Made by a program: the position numbers and the translations under genes
DNA from: Malacoraja senta
Taxonomy: Eukaryota
Assembly (NCBI GenBank): GCA_038087875.1
Contig: JAXLNO010000338.1
Span: 62,001 to 126,000, forward strand
Direction of reading: 5' to 3'
Length of the DNA: 64,000 nt
In this document: positions 15,001 to 30,000 of the stretch, one piece after another
Position numbering within the stretch: the stretch's first letter is position 1
Layout: every line of letters begins with the position of its first letter
Notes under the pieces: model-generated
The model's database searches: none
Seen by the model: the letters and a program-made list of their open reading frames with translations, nothing else
Told to the model about the DNA's origin: nothing

Positions 15001-18000
15001 CGGCAAGGTCGCCATAAATCCCGCAAGGTCGCCACAAATCCAGCAAGGTCGCCACAAATGCGGCAAGGTCGCCACATTTCCGGCAAGGTCGCCATAAATC
15101 CGGCAAGTTCACCATAAATCCGGCAAGGTCGCCATAAATGCGGCAAAGTCGCCATATATCCAGCAAGGTCGCCATTAATCCGGCAAGGTCGCCACAAATA
15201 CGGCAAGGTCGTCACAAATCCGGCAAGGTTGCCATATTTCCGGCTAGGTCGCCATAAATCCGGCAAGGTCGCCACAAATCCGGCAAGGTCGCAATATTTC
15301 CGGCAAGGTCGCCATAAATCCGGCAAGGTCGCCCCAAATCCGGCAAGGTCGCCATATTGCCGGCAGGGTCGCCATAAATCCGACAAGGTCGCCACAAATC
15401 CGGCAACGCCACATTTCCGGCGAGGTCGCCATACATCCGGCAAAGTCGCCAAATATCCGGCAAGACCGCAACATTCCCGTCGAGGTCGCCATAAATCCGG
15501 CAGGTCGCCACATATCCGGCAAGATGGCCACAATCACGGCGATGTCGCCAACAATCCGGCAAGGTCGCCATAAATCCGGCAAGGTCGCCAGAAATACGGC
15601 AAGGTCGCCATATTTCCGGCAAGGTCCCCATACATCCTGCAAGATCGCCACAAATCCGGCAAGGTCGCCATATTTCCGACATGGTCACCATAAATCCGGC
15701 AAGGTCGCCACAAATCTGGCAAGGTCGCCATATTTCCGGCAAGGTCGCCCTAAATCCGGCAGTCGCAACAAATCCGGCAAGGTCGCCATATTTCCGGCAA
15801 AGTCGGCATATTTCCGGCAAGGTCGCCATAAATCCGGCGAGGTCGCCATTAATCCGGCGAGGCCGCCATATTTCCGGCAAGGTCGCCATATATCCGGCGA
15901 GGTCGCCATTTATCCGGCAAGGTCGCAATAAATCCGGCGAGGTCGCCATATTTCCGGCAAGGTCGCCACAAACCCGGCAAGGTCGCCATAAATCCGGCAA
16001 GGTCGCCGTAAATCCAGCAAGGTCGCCATAATTCCGGCAAGGTCGCCATAACCCTGGCGAGGACGCCATCTTTCCGACAAGGTCGCCATAAATCCGGCGA
16101 GGAGGCCATATTTCCGGCAAGGTCGCCATATTTCCGGCAGGTTCGCCACAAATTCGGCGAGGTCGCCATATTTCCGTCAAGGTCGCCATATATCCGGCAA
16201 GGTCGCCATAAATCCGGCGAGGTCGCCATATTCCCGGCAAAGTCGCCACAAATACGGCAAGGCCGCCATAAATCCGGCAAGGTCGCCATATTTCCGGCAA
16301 GTTCGCCACAAATCCGGCAAGGTCGCCATATTTCCGGCAAGGTCGCCGTAAATCCGGCAAGGTCGCAACAAATCCGGCAAGGACGCCATATTTCCGGCAA
16401 GGTCGCCACAAATCCGGCAAGTTCAGCATAAATCCGGCGAGGTTGACATATGTCCGTCAAGGTCGCCATAAATCCGGCAAGGTAGCCACAAATCAGGCAA
16501 GGTCGCCTTATTTCCGGCAAGGTCGCCGTAAATCCGGCAAGGTCGCAACAAATCCGGCGAGGATGCCATATTTCCGGCAAGGTCGCCATAAATACGGCGA
16601 GGTCGCCATAAATCCTGCGAGGTCGCCATATTTCCGGCAAGGTCGCCATAAATGCGGCGAAGTCGCCATATTTCCGGCAAGGTCGCCACAAATCCGGCGA
16701 TGTTGCCATATTTCCGGCAAGGACGCCATAAATCCGGCGACGCCGCCATATTTCCGGCAAGGTCGCCATATATCCGGCGAGGTCGCCATTTATCCGGCAA
16801 GGTCGCCATAAATCCGGCGAAGTCGCCATATTTCCGGCGAGGTGGCCATAAATCCGGCAAGGTCGCCATAATTCCGGCGATGTCGCCATATTTCCGGCAA
16901 AGTCACCATAAATCCGGCAAGTTTGCCATAAATCTGCAAAGTCGCCATAACTCCGCAAGGTCGCCGTATTTCCGGCACGGTCGCCATAAATCCGGCTAGG
17001 ACGCCATAAATCCGGAAAGGTCGCCATATTTCCGGCATGGTCGCCATAAATCCGGCAAGGTCGCCACAAATCCCACAAGGTCGCCATAAATCCGGCAAGG
17101 TCGCCACAAATCCGGCAAGGTCGCCACATTTGCGGCAAGGTCGCCATAAATCCGGCAAGGTTGCCACAAATACGGCAAGGTCGCCACAATTCTGGCAAGG
17201 TCGCCACATTTCAGGCAAAGTCGCCATAAATCGGGCAAGGTCGCCACATTCCTGGCAAGGTCGCCATAAATCCGGCAAGGTCGCCGCAAATCCGGCAAGG
17301 TCGCCACATTTTCGGCAAGGTCGCCATAAATCCCGCAAGGTCGCCACAAATCCAGCAAGGTCGCCACAAATGCGGCAAGGTCGCCACATTTCCGGCAAGG
17401 TCGCCATAAATCCGGCAAGTTCACCATAAATCCGGCAAGGTCGCCATAAATGCGGCAAAGTCGCCATATATCCAGCAAGGTCGCCATTAATCCGGCAAGG
17501 TCGCCACAAATACGGCAAGGTCGTCACAAATCCGGCAAGGTTGCCATATTTCCGGCTAGGTCGCCATAAATCCGGCAAGGTCGCCACAAATCCGGCAAGG
17601 TCGCAATATTTCCGGCAAGGTCGCCATAAATCCGGCAAGGTCGCCCCAAATCCGGCAAGGTCGCCATATTGCCGGCAGGGTCGCCATAAATCCGACAAGG
17701 TCGCCACAAATCCGGCAACGCCACATTTCCGGCGAGGTCGCCATACATCCGGCAAAGTCGCCAAATATCCGGCAAGACCGCAACATTCCCGTCGAGGTCG
17801 CCATAAATCCGGCAGGTCGCCACATATCCTGGCAAGATGGCCACAATCACGGCGATGTCGCCAACAATCCGGCAAGGGCGCCACAATCCGGCAAGGTCGC
17901 CACATTTCCGGCCAGGACGCCATAATCCCGCATGGTCGCCACAAATGCGTCAAGGTCTCCATATTCCCGGCAAGGCCGCCATAAATCCGGCAAGGACGCC

Positions 18001-21000
18001 ACAAATCCGGCAAGGTCGCCATATTTCCGGCATGTTCGCCGTAATTCCGGCAAAGTCGCCACAAATCCGGCAAGGTCGCCATATTTCCGGCATGGTCGCC
18101 ATAAATCCGGCAAGGTGGCCACAAATCAGGGAAGGTCGCCACATTTCAGGCAAGGTCGCCATTAATCCGGCTAGGTCGCCTCAAATCCGTCAAGGTCGCC
18201 ACATTTCCCGGCAAGGTCGCCATTAATCCGGGAAGGTCGCCACAAATCCGTCAAGTCGCCACATTTCCGGCAAGGTCGCCATAAATCCGGCAAGGTCGCC
18301 ACAAATCCAGCAGGGTAGCCACATTTCCGGCAAGGTCGCCACATTTCCGGCAAGGTCGCCTCAAATCCGGCAAGGTCGCCGTATTTCCGGCACGGTGGCC
18401 ATAAATCCGGCTAGGACGCCATAAATCCGGCAAGGTTCCCATATTTCCGGCAAGGTCGCGTCAAATCCGGAAAGGTCGCCACATTTCCGGCAAGGTCGCC
18501 ATAGATCCGGCAAGGTCGCCACAAATCCGGCAATGTCGCAACATTTCGCAAAAGATCGCCAGAAATCCGGCATCGTCGCCACAAATCCGGCAAGGTCGCC
18601 ACATTTTCGGCAAGGTCGCCATGGATCCGTCCAAGGTCGCCACAAGTCCGGAAAGGTCGCCACATTTGCGGCTAGGTCGCCATAAATCCGGCAAGGTCGC
18701 CATAAATACGGCCAAGGTCGCCACAATTCCGGCAAGGTCGCCATAAATCTGGCAAGGTCGCCACAAATCCGTCGCCACATTTCAGGCAAGGTCGCCATAA
18801 ATCGGGCAAGGTCGGCACAAATCCGGCAAGGTCGCCACATTTTCGGCAAGGTCGACATTAATCCGGTAATGTCGCCATAAATCCGGCAAGGTCGCCACAT
18901 TCCTGGCAAGGTCGCCATAAGTCCGGCAAGGTTCGCCGCAAATCCGGCAAGGTCGCCACATTTCCGGCAAGGTCGCCATAAATCCGGCAAGTTCGCCACA
19001 AATCCAGCAAGGTCGCCACAAATGCGGCAAGGTCGCCACATTTCCGGCAAGGTCGCCATAAATCCGGCAAGTTCGCCACAGATCTGACAAGGTCGCCATA
19101 AACCCGGCAAGGTCGCCACATTTCCGGCAAGATCGCCATAAATCCGGCAAGGTAGACACAAATCCGCCAAGTTCACCACATTTCCGGCAAGCTCGCCATA
19201 TTTCCGGCTAGGTCGCCATATATCCGGCAAGGTCGCCACAAATCCGGCAAGGTCGCAATATTTCCGGAAAGGTCGCCTTAAATCCGGCCAAGGTCGCCCC
19301 AAATCCGGCAAGGTCGCCATATTGCGGGCAAGGTCACCATAAATCCGACAAGGTCGCCACAAATCCGGCAAGGTCGCCACATTACCGGCAAGGTCGCCAT
19401 AAATCCGGCAAGGTAGCCACAAACCAGGCAAGGTCGCCACATTTCCGGCGAGGTCGCCATAAATCAGGCAAAATCGCCAAAAATCCGGCAAGATCGCAAC
19501 ATTTCCGTCGAGGTCGCCATAAATCCGGCAAGGACGCCACATATCCGGCAAGATGGCCACATTCCCGGCGAGGTCGCCAACAATCCGGCAAGGTCGCCAC
19601 AAATCCGGAAAGGTCGCCATATTTTCCGGCATGGTCGCCATATATCCGGCAATGCCGCCACAAATCCCACAAGGTCGGCCATAAATCCGGCAAGGTCGCC
19701 ACAAATCCGGCAAGGTCGCCACATTGCGGCAAGATGGCCACATTCACGGCGAGGTCGCCAACAATCCGGCAAGGTCGCCACAATTCCGGCAAGGTCGCCA
19801 TAAATCCGGCAAGGTCGCCACAAACCCGGTAAGGTCGCCACATTCCCGGCAAGGTCGCCATATATCCGTCAAGGTCGCCACAAATCCGGCAAGGTCGCCA
19901 CATTTCAGGCAAAGTCGCCATAAATCGGGCAAGATCGCCACATTCCTGGCAAGGTCGCCATAAATCCGTCAACGTCGCCATACATCCGGCAATGTCGCCA
20001 AAAATCCGGCAAGACCGCAACATTGCCGTCGAGGTCGCCATAAATCCGGCAAGGTCGCCACATATCCGGCAAGATGGCCACATTCACGGCGAGGTCGCCA
20101 ACAATCCGGCAAGGTCGCCACAAATCCGGCAAGGTCGCCATATTTCCGGACAGGACGCCATAAATCCGGCAAGGCCGCCACAAATGCGTCAAGGTCTCCA
20201 TAGTCCCGGCAAGGCCGCCATAAATCCGGCAAGGACGCCACAAATCCGACAAGGTCGCCATATTTCCGGCAAGTTCGCCGTAATTCCGGCAAAGTCGCCA
20301 CAAATCCGGCAAGGTCGCCATATTTCCTGCATGGTCGCCATAAATCCGGCAAGGTGGCCACAAATCAGGGAAGGTCGCCACATTTCAGGCAAGGTCGCCA
20401 TTAATCCGGGAAGGTCGCCACTAATCCGTCAAGGTCGCCACATTTCCGGCAAGGTCGCCATAAATCCGGCAAGGTCGCCACAAATCCAGCAGGGTCGCCA
20501 CATTTCCGGCAAGGTCGCCACATTTCAGGCAAGGTCGCCATAAACCCGGCAAGGTCGCCACAAATCCGGCAAGGTGGCCACATTTCCGGCAAGATCGCCA
20601 TAAATCCGGCAAGGTCGCCACAAATCCGGCAAGGTCGCCACATTTCCGGCAATGTCGCCATATTTCCGACAAGGTCACCATTAATCCGGCAAGGTCGCCA
20701 CAAATGCGGCAAGGTCGCCATAAATCCGGCAAGGTCGCCATATTACCGGCAAGGTCGCCATAAATCCGGCGAGGTCGCCATATTTCCGGCGTGGTCGCCA
20801 TAAATCCGGCAAGGTCGCCATAATTCCGGCGATGTCGCCATATTTTCGGCAAAGTCGCCATAAATCCGGCAAGTTTGCCATAAATCTGCAAAGTCGCCAA
20901 AACTCCGGCAAGGTCGCCGTATTTCCGGCACGGTCGCCATAAATCCGGCAAGACCGCAACATTGCCGGAGGTCGCCATATTTCCGGCAAGGTCGCGTCAA

Positions 21001-24000
21001 ATCCGGAAAGGTCGCCACATTTCCGGCAAGGTCGCCATAGATCCGGCAAGGTCGCCACAAATCCGGCAATGTCGCACCATTTATGCAAGATCGCCAGAAA
21101 TCCGGCATCGTCGCCACAAATCCGGCAAGGTCGCCACATTTCCGGCAAGGTCGCCATGAATCCGTCAAGGTCGCCACAAGTCCGGCAAGGTCGCCATATT
21201 TCCGGCATGGTCGGCATAAATCCGGCAAGGTCGCCACAAATCCCACAAGGTTGCCATAAATCCGGCAAGGTCGCCACAAATCCGGCAAGGTCGCCACATT
21301 TGCGGCTAGGTCGCCATAAATCCGGCAAGGTCGCCACAAATACGGCAAGGTCGCCACAATTCCGGCAAGGTCGCCATAAATCCGGCAAGGTCGCCACAAA
21401 TCCGTCAAGGTCGCCACATTTCAGGCAAGGTCGCCATAAATCCGGCCAGGTCGCCACAAACCAGGCAAGGTCGCCACATTTCCGGCGAGGTCGCCATAAA
21501 TCCGGCAAAGTCGCCAAAAATCCGGCAAGATCGCAACATTTCCGTCGAGGTCGCCATAAATCCGGCAAGGTCGCCACAAATCTGGCAAGGTCGCCATATT
21601 TCCGGCAAGGTCGCCATAAATCCGGCAATGCCGCAACAAATCCGGCAAGGTCGCCATATTTCCGGCAAAGTCGCCATAAATCCGGCAAGGTCGCCACAAA
21701 TCCGGCAAGGTCGCCATATTTCCGGCAAGGTCGCCATATTTCCGGCAAGGTCGCCATAAATCCGGCGAGGTCGCCATAAATCCGGCGAGGCCGCCATATT
21801 TCCGGCAAGGTCGCCATATATCCGGCGAGGTCGCCATTTATCCGGCAAGGTCGCAATAAATCCGGCGAGGTCGCCATATTTCCGGCAAGGTCGCCATAAA
21901 TCCGGCGAAGTCGCCATATTTCCGGCGAGGTCGCCATCAATCCGGCAAGGTCGCCATAATTCCGGCGGTGTCGCCATATTTCCGGCAAAGTCACCATAAA
22001 TCCGGCAAGTTTGCCATAAATCTGCAAAGTCGCCATAACTCCGGCAAGGTCGCCGTATTTCCGGCACGGTCGGCACAAATCCGGCAAGGTCGCCACATTT
22101 GCGGCAAGGTCGCCATAAATCCGGCAAGGTTGCCACAAATACGGCAAGGTCGCCACAATTCCGGCAAGGTCGCCACATTTCAGGCAAAGTCGCCATAAAT
22201 CGGGCAAGGTCGCCACAAATCCGGCAAGGTCGCCACATTTTCGGCATGGTCGCCATTAATCCGGGAATGTCGCCATAAATCCGGCAAGGTCGCCACATTC
22301 CTGGCAAGGTCGCCATAAATCCGGCAAGGTCGCCGCAAATCCGGCAAGGTCGCCACATTTTCGGCAAGGTCGCCATAAATCCGGCAAGGTCGCCATAAAT
22401 CCGGCAAGATCGCCACATTTCCGGCAAGGTCGCCATAAATCCGGCAAGGTCGCCATAAATGCGGCAAAGTCGCCATATATCCAGCAAGGTCGCCATTAAT
22501 CCGGCAAGGTCGCCATAAATACGGCAAGGTCGTCAAAAATCCGGCAAGGTTGCCATATTTCCGGCGAGGTCGCCATAAATCCGGCAAGGTCGCCACAAAT
22601 CCGGCAAGGTCGCAATATTTCCGGCAAGGTCGCCATAAATCCGGCAAGGTCGCCCCAAATCCGGCAAGGTCGCCATATTGCCGGCAAGGTCGCCATAAAT
22701 CTGACAAGGTCGCCACAAATCCGGCAACGCCACATTTCCGGCGAGGTCGCCATACATCCGGAAAAGTCGCCAAAAATCCGGCAAGACCGCAACATTCCCG
22801 TCGAGGTCGCCATAAATCCGGCAAGGTCGCCACATATCCGGCAAGATGGCGACATTCACGGCGAGGTCGCCAACAATCCGGCAAGGTCGCCACAAATCCG
22901 GCAAGGTCGCCACATTTCCGGCCAGGACGCCATAAATCTGGCATGGTCGCCACAAATGCGTCAAGGTCTCCATATTCCCGGCAAGGCCGCCATAAATCCG
23001 GCAAGGACGCCACAAATCCGGCAAGGTCGCCATATTTCCGGCATGTTCGCCGTAATTCCGGCAAAGTCGCCACAAATCCGGCAAGGTCGCCATATTTCCG
23101 GCATGGTCGCCATAAATCCGGCAAGGTGGCCACAAATCAGGGAAGGTCGCCACATTTCAGGCAAGGTCGCCATTAATCCGGCTAGGTCGCCTCAAATCCG
23201 GCAAGGTCGCCACAATTCCGGCAAGGTCGCCATTAATCCGGGAAGGTCGCCACAAATTCGTCAAGTTCGCCACATTTCCGGCAAGGTCGCCATAAATCCG
23301 GCAAGGTCGCCACAAATCCAGCAGGGTAGCCACATTTCCGGCAAGGTCGCCACATTTCCGGCAAGGTCGCCTCAAATCCGGCAAGGTCGCCACATTTCCG
23401 GCAAGGTCGCCATAAATCCGGCAAGGTCGCCACAAATCCGGCAAGGTCGCCTCATTTCAGGCAATGTCGCCATAGTTCCGACAAGGTCACCATTAATCCG
23501 GCAATGTCGCCACAAATGCGGCAAGGTCGCCATAAATCCGGCAAGGTCGCCATATTACCGGCAAGGTCGCCATAAATCCGGCGAGGTCGCCATATTTACG
23601 GCGAGGTCGCCATAAATCCGGCAAGGTCGCCATAATTCCGGCGATGTCGCCATATTCCCGGCAAAGTCGCCATAAATCCGGCAAGTTTGCCATAAATCTG
23701 CTAAGTCGCCAAAACTCCGGCAAGGTCGCCATAAATCCGGCTAGGACGCCATAAATCCGGCTAGGACGCCATAAATCCGGCAAGGTCCCCATATTTCCGG
23801 CAAGGTCGCGTCAAATCCGGAAAGGTCGCCACATTTCCGGCAAGGTCGCCATAGATCCGGCAAGGTCGCCACAAATCCGGCAATGTCGCAACATTTCGCA
23901 AAAGATCGCCAGAAATCCGGCATCGTCGCCACAAATCCGGCAAGGTCGCCACATTTCCGGCAAGGTCGCCATGAATCCGTCAAGGTCGCCACAAGTCCGG

Positions 24001-27000
24001 AACGGTCGCCACATTTCCGGCATGGTCGCCATAAATCCGGCAACGTCGCAACAAATCCCACAAGGTTGCCATAAATCCGGCAACGTCGCCACAAATCCGG
24101 CAAGGTCGCCACATTTGCGGCTAGGTCGCCATAAATCCGGCAAGGTCGCCATAAATACGGCAAGGTCGCCACAATTCCGGCAAGGTCGCCATAAATCCGG
24201 CAAGGTCGCCACAAATCCGTCAAGGTCGCCACATTTCAGGCAAGGTCGCCATAAATCGGGCAAGGTCGGCACAAATCCGGCAAGGTCGCCACATTTTCGG
24301 CAAGGTCGCCATTAATCCGGTAATGTCGCCATAAATCCGGCAAGGTCGCCACATTCCTGGCAAGGTCGCCATAAGTCCGGCAAGGTCGCCGCAAATCCGG
24401 CAAGGTCGCCACATTTCGGGCAAGGTCGCCATAAATCCGGCAAGTTCGCCACAAATCCAGCAAGGTCGCCACAAATGCGGCAAGGTCGCCACATTTCCGG
24501 CAAGGTCGCCATAAATCCGGCAAGTTCGCCACAGATCCGACAAGGTCGACATAAATCCGGCAAGGTCGCCACATTTCCGGCAAGATCGCCATAAATCCGG
24601 CAAGGTAGACACAAATCCGCCAAGTTCACGACATTTCCGGCAAGCTCGACATATTTCCGGCTAGGTCGCCATATATCCGGCAAGGTCGCCACAAATCCGG
24701 CAAGGTCGCAATAGTTCCGGCAAGGTCGCCATAAATCCAGCAAGGTCGCCCCAAATCCGGCAAGGTCGCCATATTGCGGGCAAGGTCACCATAAATCCGA
24801 CAAGGTCGCCACAAATCCGGCAAGGTCGCCACATTACCGGCAAGGTCGCCATAAATCCGGCAAGGTCGCAACAAACCAGGCAAGGTCGCCACATTTCCGG
24901 CGAGGTCGCCATAAATCCGACAAAATCGCCAAAAATCCGGCAAGATCGCAACATTTCCGTCGAGGTCGCCATAAATCCGACAAGGTCGTCACATATCCGG
25001 CAAGATGGCCACATTCCCGGCGAGGTCGCCAACAATCCGGCAAGGTCGCCACAAATCCGGAAAGGTCGCCATATTTCCAGCATGGTCGCCATATATCCGG
25101 CAATGTCGCCACAAATCCCACAAGGTCGCCATAAATCCGGCAAGGTCGCCACAAATCCGGCAAGGTCGCCACATTTGCGGCAAGATGGCCACATTCACGG
25201 CGAGGTCGCCAACAATCCGGCAAGGTCGCCACAATTCCGGCAAGGTCGCCATAAATCCGGCAAGGTCGCCACAAACCCGGTAAGGTCGCCACATTCCCGG
25301 CAAGGTCGCCATATATCCGTCAAGGTCGCCACAAATCCGGCAAGGTCGCCACATTTCAGGCAAAGTCGCCATAAATCGGGCAAGATCGCTACATTCCTGG
25401 CAATGTCGCCATAAATCCGGCAACGTCGCCGCAAATCCGGCAAGGTCGCCACATTTTCGGCAAGGTCGCCATAAATCCGGCAAGGTCGCCACAAATCCAC
25501 CAAGTTCGCCACAAATGCGGCAAGGCCGCCACATTTCCGGCAAGGTCGCCATAAATCCGGCAAGTTCACCATAAATCCGGCAAGGTCGCCACAAATGCGG
25601 CAAAGGCGCCATATATCCGGCAAGGTCGCCATTAATCCGGCAAGGTCGCCACAAATACGGCAAGGTAGTCACAAATCCGGCAAGGTTGCCATATTTCCGG
25701 CTAGGTCGCCATAAATCCGGCAAAGTCGCCACAAATCCGGCAAGGTCGCAATATTTCCGACAAGGTCGCCATAAATCCGGCAAGGTCGTCCAAAATCCGG
25801 CAAGGTCGCCATATTGCCGGCAAGGTCGCCATCAATCCGACAAGGTCGCCACAAATCCGGCAAGGTCGCCACATTACCGGCAAGGTCGCCATAAATCCGG
25901 CAAGGTGGCCACAAACCAGGCAACGTCGCCACATTTCCGGCGAGGTCGCCATACATCCGGCAAAGTCGCCAAAAATCCGGCAAGACCGCAACATTCCCGT
26001 CGAGGTCGCCATAAATCCGGCAAGGTCGCCACATCCCCGGCAAGATGGCCACATTCACGCCGAGGTCGCCAACAATCCGGCAAGGTCGCCACAAATCCGG
26101 CAAGGTCGCCATATTTCCGGCCAGGACGCCATAAATCCGGCAAGGCCGCCACAAATGCGTCAAGGTCTCCATATTCCCGGCAAGGCCGCCATAAATCCGG
26201 CAAGGACGCCACAAATCCGACAAGGTCGCCATATTTCCGGCAAGTTCGCCGTAATTCCGGCAAAGTCGCCACAAATCCGGCAAGGTCGCCATATTTCCGG
26301 CATGGTCGCCATAAATCCGGCAAGGTGGCCACAAATCAGGGAAGGTCGCCACATTTCAGGCAAGGTCGCCATTAATCCGGGAAGGTCGCCACAAATCCGT
26401 CAAGGTCGCCACATTTCCGGCAAGGTCGCCATAAATCCGGCAAGGTCGCCACAAATCCAGCAGGGTCGCCACATTTCCGGCAAGGTCGGCACATTTCCGG
26501 CAAGGTCGCCATAAACCCGGCAAGGTCGCCACAAATCCGGCAAGGTGGCCACATTTCCGGCAAGGTCGCCATAAATCCGGCAAGGTCGCCACAAATCCGG
26601 CAAGGTCGCCACATTTCCGGCAATGTCGCCATATTTCCGACAAGGTCACCATTAATCCGCCAAGGTCGCCACAAATGCGGCAAGGTCGCCATAAATCCGG
26701 CAAGGTCGCCATATTACCGGCAAGGTCGCCATAAATCAGGCGAGGTCGCCATATTTCCGGCGAGGTCGCCATAAATCCAGCAAGGTCGCCATAATACCGG
26801 CGATGTCGCCATATTTTCGGCAAAGTCGCCATAAATCCGGCAAGTTTGCCATAAATCTGCAAAGTCGCCAAAACTCCGGCAATGTCGCCGTATTTCCGGC
26901 ACGGTCGCTATAAATCCGGCTAGGACGCCATAAATCCGGCAAGGTCGCCATATTTCCGGCAAGGTCGCGTCAAATCCGGAAAGGTCGCCACATTTCCGGC

Positions 27001-30000
27001 AAGGTCGCCACAAATCCGGCAATGTCGCAACATTTCTGCAAGATCGCCAGAAATCCGGCATCGTCGCCACAAATCCGGCAAGGTCGCAACATTTCCGGCA
27101 TGGTCGCCATAAATCCGGCAAGGTCGCCACAAATCCCACAAGGTTGCCATAAATCCGGCAAGGTCGCCACAAATCCGGCAAGGTCGCCACATTTGCGGCT
27201 AGGTCGCCATAAATCCGGCAAGGTCGCCACAAATACGGCAAGGTCGCCACAATTCCGGCAAGGTCGCCATAAATCCGGCAAGGTCGCCACAAATCCGTCA
27301 AGGTCGCCACATTTCAGGCAATGTCGCCATAAATCGGGCAAGGTCGGCACAAATCCGGCAAGGTCGCCACATTTTCGGCAAGGTCGCCATTAATTCGGTA
27401 ATGTCGCCATAAATCCGGCAAGGTCGCCACATTCCTGGCAAGGTCGCCATAAGTCCGGCAAGGTCGCCGCAAATCAAGCAAGGTCGCCACATTTCCGGCA
27501 AGGTCGCCATAAATCCGGCAAGTTCGCCACAAATCCGGCAAGGTCGCCACAAATGCGGCAAGGTCGCCACATTTCCGGCAAGGTCGCCATAAATCCGGCA
27601 AGTTCGCCACAGATCCTACAAGGTCGCCATAAATCCGGCAAGGTCGACACAAATCCGCCAAGTTCACCACATTTCCGGCAAGGTCGCCCCAAATCCGGCA
27701 AGGTCGCCATATTGCGGGCAAGGTCACCATAAATCCGACAAGGTCGCCACAAATCCGGAAAGGTCGCCACATTACCGGCAAGGTCGCCATAAATCCGGCA
27801 AGGTCGTCTCAAATCCGGCAAGGTCGCCACATTTCCGGCAAGGTCGCCATAAATCCGGCAAGGTCGCCACATTTCCGGCAAGGTCGCCTTAAATCCGGCA
27901 AGTTCGGCACAAATCCGACAAGGTCGCCATAAATCCGGCAAGGTCGCCACATTTACGGCTAGGTCGCCATAAATCCGTCAAGGCCGCCACAAACCGGCAA
28001 GGACCCCACATTTCCGTCGAGGTCGCAATACACCCGGCAAGGTCGCCACAAATCCGGCAAGGTCGCCACATTCCCGGCGATGTCGCCAACTATCCGGCAA
28101 ATTCGCCACAAATCCGGCAAGATCGCCATAAATCCGGCGAGGTCGCCATAAATCCGGCAAGTTCGCTACATATCCCGCAAAGTCGCCATAAATCCGGCGA
28201 GGTCGCCATTTTTCCGGCAAGGTCGCCACTAATCCAGCAAAGTCGCCATAAATCCGGCGGGTCGCCATATTTCCGGCGAGGTCGCCAGAAAGACGACAAG
28301 GTCGCCTTAAATCCGGCGAGGTCGCCATATTTCCGGCGAGGGCGCCATAAATCCGGCAAGGTCGTCATAAATCCGGCGAGGTCGCCACAAACCAGGCAAG
28401 GTCGCCACATTTCCGGCGAGGTCGCCATAAATCCGGCAAAGTCGCCAAAAATCCGGCAAGATGGCCACATTCCCGGCGAGGTCCCCAACAATCCGGCAAG
28501 GTCGCCACAAATCCGGCAAGGTCGCCATATTTCCGGCAAGGACGCGATAAATCCGGCAAGGTCGCCACAAATGCGTCAAGGTCTCCATATTCCCGGCAAG
28601 GCCGCCATAAATCCGGCAAGGATGCCACAAACCCGGCAAGGTCGCCATATTTCCGGCAAGTTCGCCGTAATTCCGGCAAGGTCGCCACAAATCCGGCAAG
28701 GTCGCCACATTTCCGGCGAGTTCGCCATATATCCGGCAAAGTCGCCAAAAATCCGGCAAGATCGCAACGTTCCCGTCGAGGTGGCAATACATCCGGCAAG
28801 GTCGCCACAAATCCGGCAACGTCGCCACATTCCCGGCGATGTCGGCAACTATCCGGCAAATTCGCCACAAATCCGGCAAGATCGCCATAAATCCGGCGAG
28901 GTCGCCATAAATCCGGCAAGTTCGCCACATATCCCGCAAAGTCGCCATAAATCAGGCGAGGTCGCCATTTTTCCGGCAAGGTCGCCACAAATCCCGCAAT
29001 GTCGCCATAAATCCGGCGGGTCGCCATATTTCCGGCGAGGTCGCCAGAAAGACGGCAAGGTCGCCTTAAATCCGGCGAGGTCGCCATATTTCCGGCGAGG
29101 TCGCCATAAATCCGGCAAGGTCGCCATAAATCCGGCGAGGACGCCATATTTCCGCCGAGGTCGCCATAAATCCGGCAAGGTCTCCATAAACCGGCGTGCT
29201 CGCCATATTTCCGGCGAGGTCGCCCTAATTCCGGCAAGGTCGTTATAAATATGAAGAGGTTGCCATGTTTCCGGCGAGGTCGCCATAAATCCGGCAAGGT
29301 CGCCATAATTCCGGCGACGTCGCCATATTTCCGGCAAGATCGCCATAAATCCGGCACGGTCGCCATAAATCCGGCAAGGTCGCTATATTTCTGGCAAGGT
29401 AGCCATATTTCCGTCTAGGTCGCCATATTTCCGGCGAGGTCGCCATAAATCCGGCAGGTTGGCCTCAAATTCGGCATGGTCGCCGCATTTCCGACGAGGC
29501 CGCCATATATCCGGCAAGGTCGCCACAAATCCGGCAAGGTCGCCACATTTCCGGCGAGTTCGCCATATATCCGGCAAAGTCGCCAAAAATCCGGCAAGAT
29601 CGCAACGTTCCGGTCGAGGTGGCAATATATCCGGCAAGGTCGCCACAAATCCGGCAACGTCGCCACATTCCCGGCGATGTCGCCAACTATCCGGCAAATT
29701 CGCCACAAATCCGGCAAGATCGCCATAAATCCGGCGAGGTCGCCATAAATCCGGCAAGTTCGCCACATATCCCGCAAAGTCGCCATAAATCAGGCGAGGT
29801 CGCCATTTTCCCGGCAAGGTCGCCACAAATCCAGCAATGTCGCCATAAATCCGGCGGGTCGCCATATTTCCGGCGAGGTCGCCAGAAAGACGGCAAGGTC
29901 GCCTTAAATCCGGCGAGGTCGCCATATTTCCGGCGAGGTCGCCATAAATCCGGCAAGGTCGCCATAAATCCGGCGAGGACGCCATATTTCCGCCGAGGTC

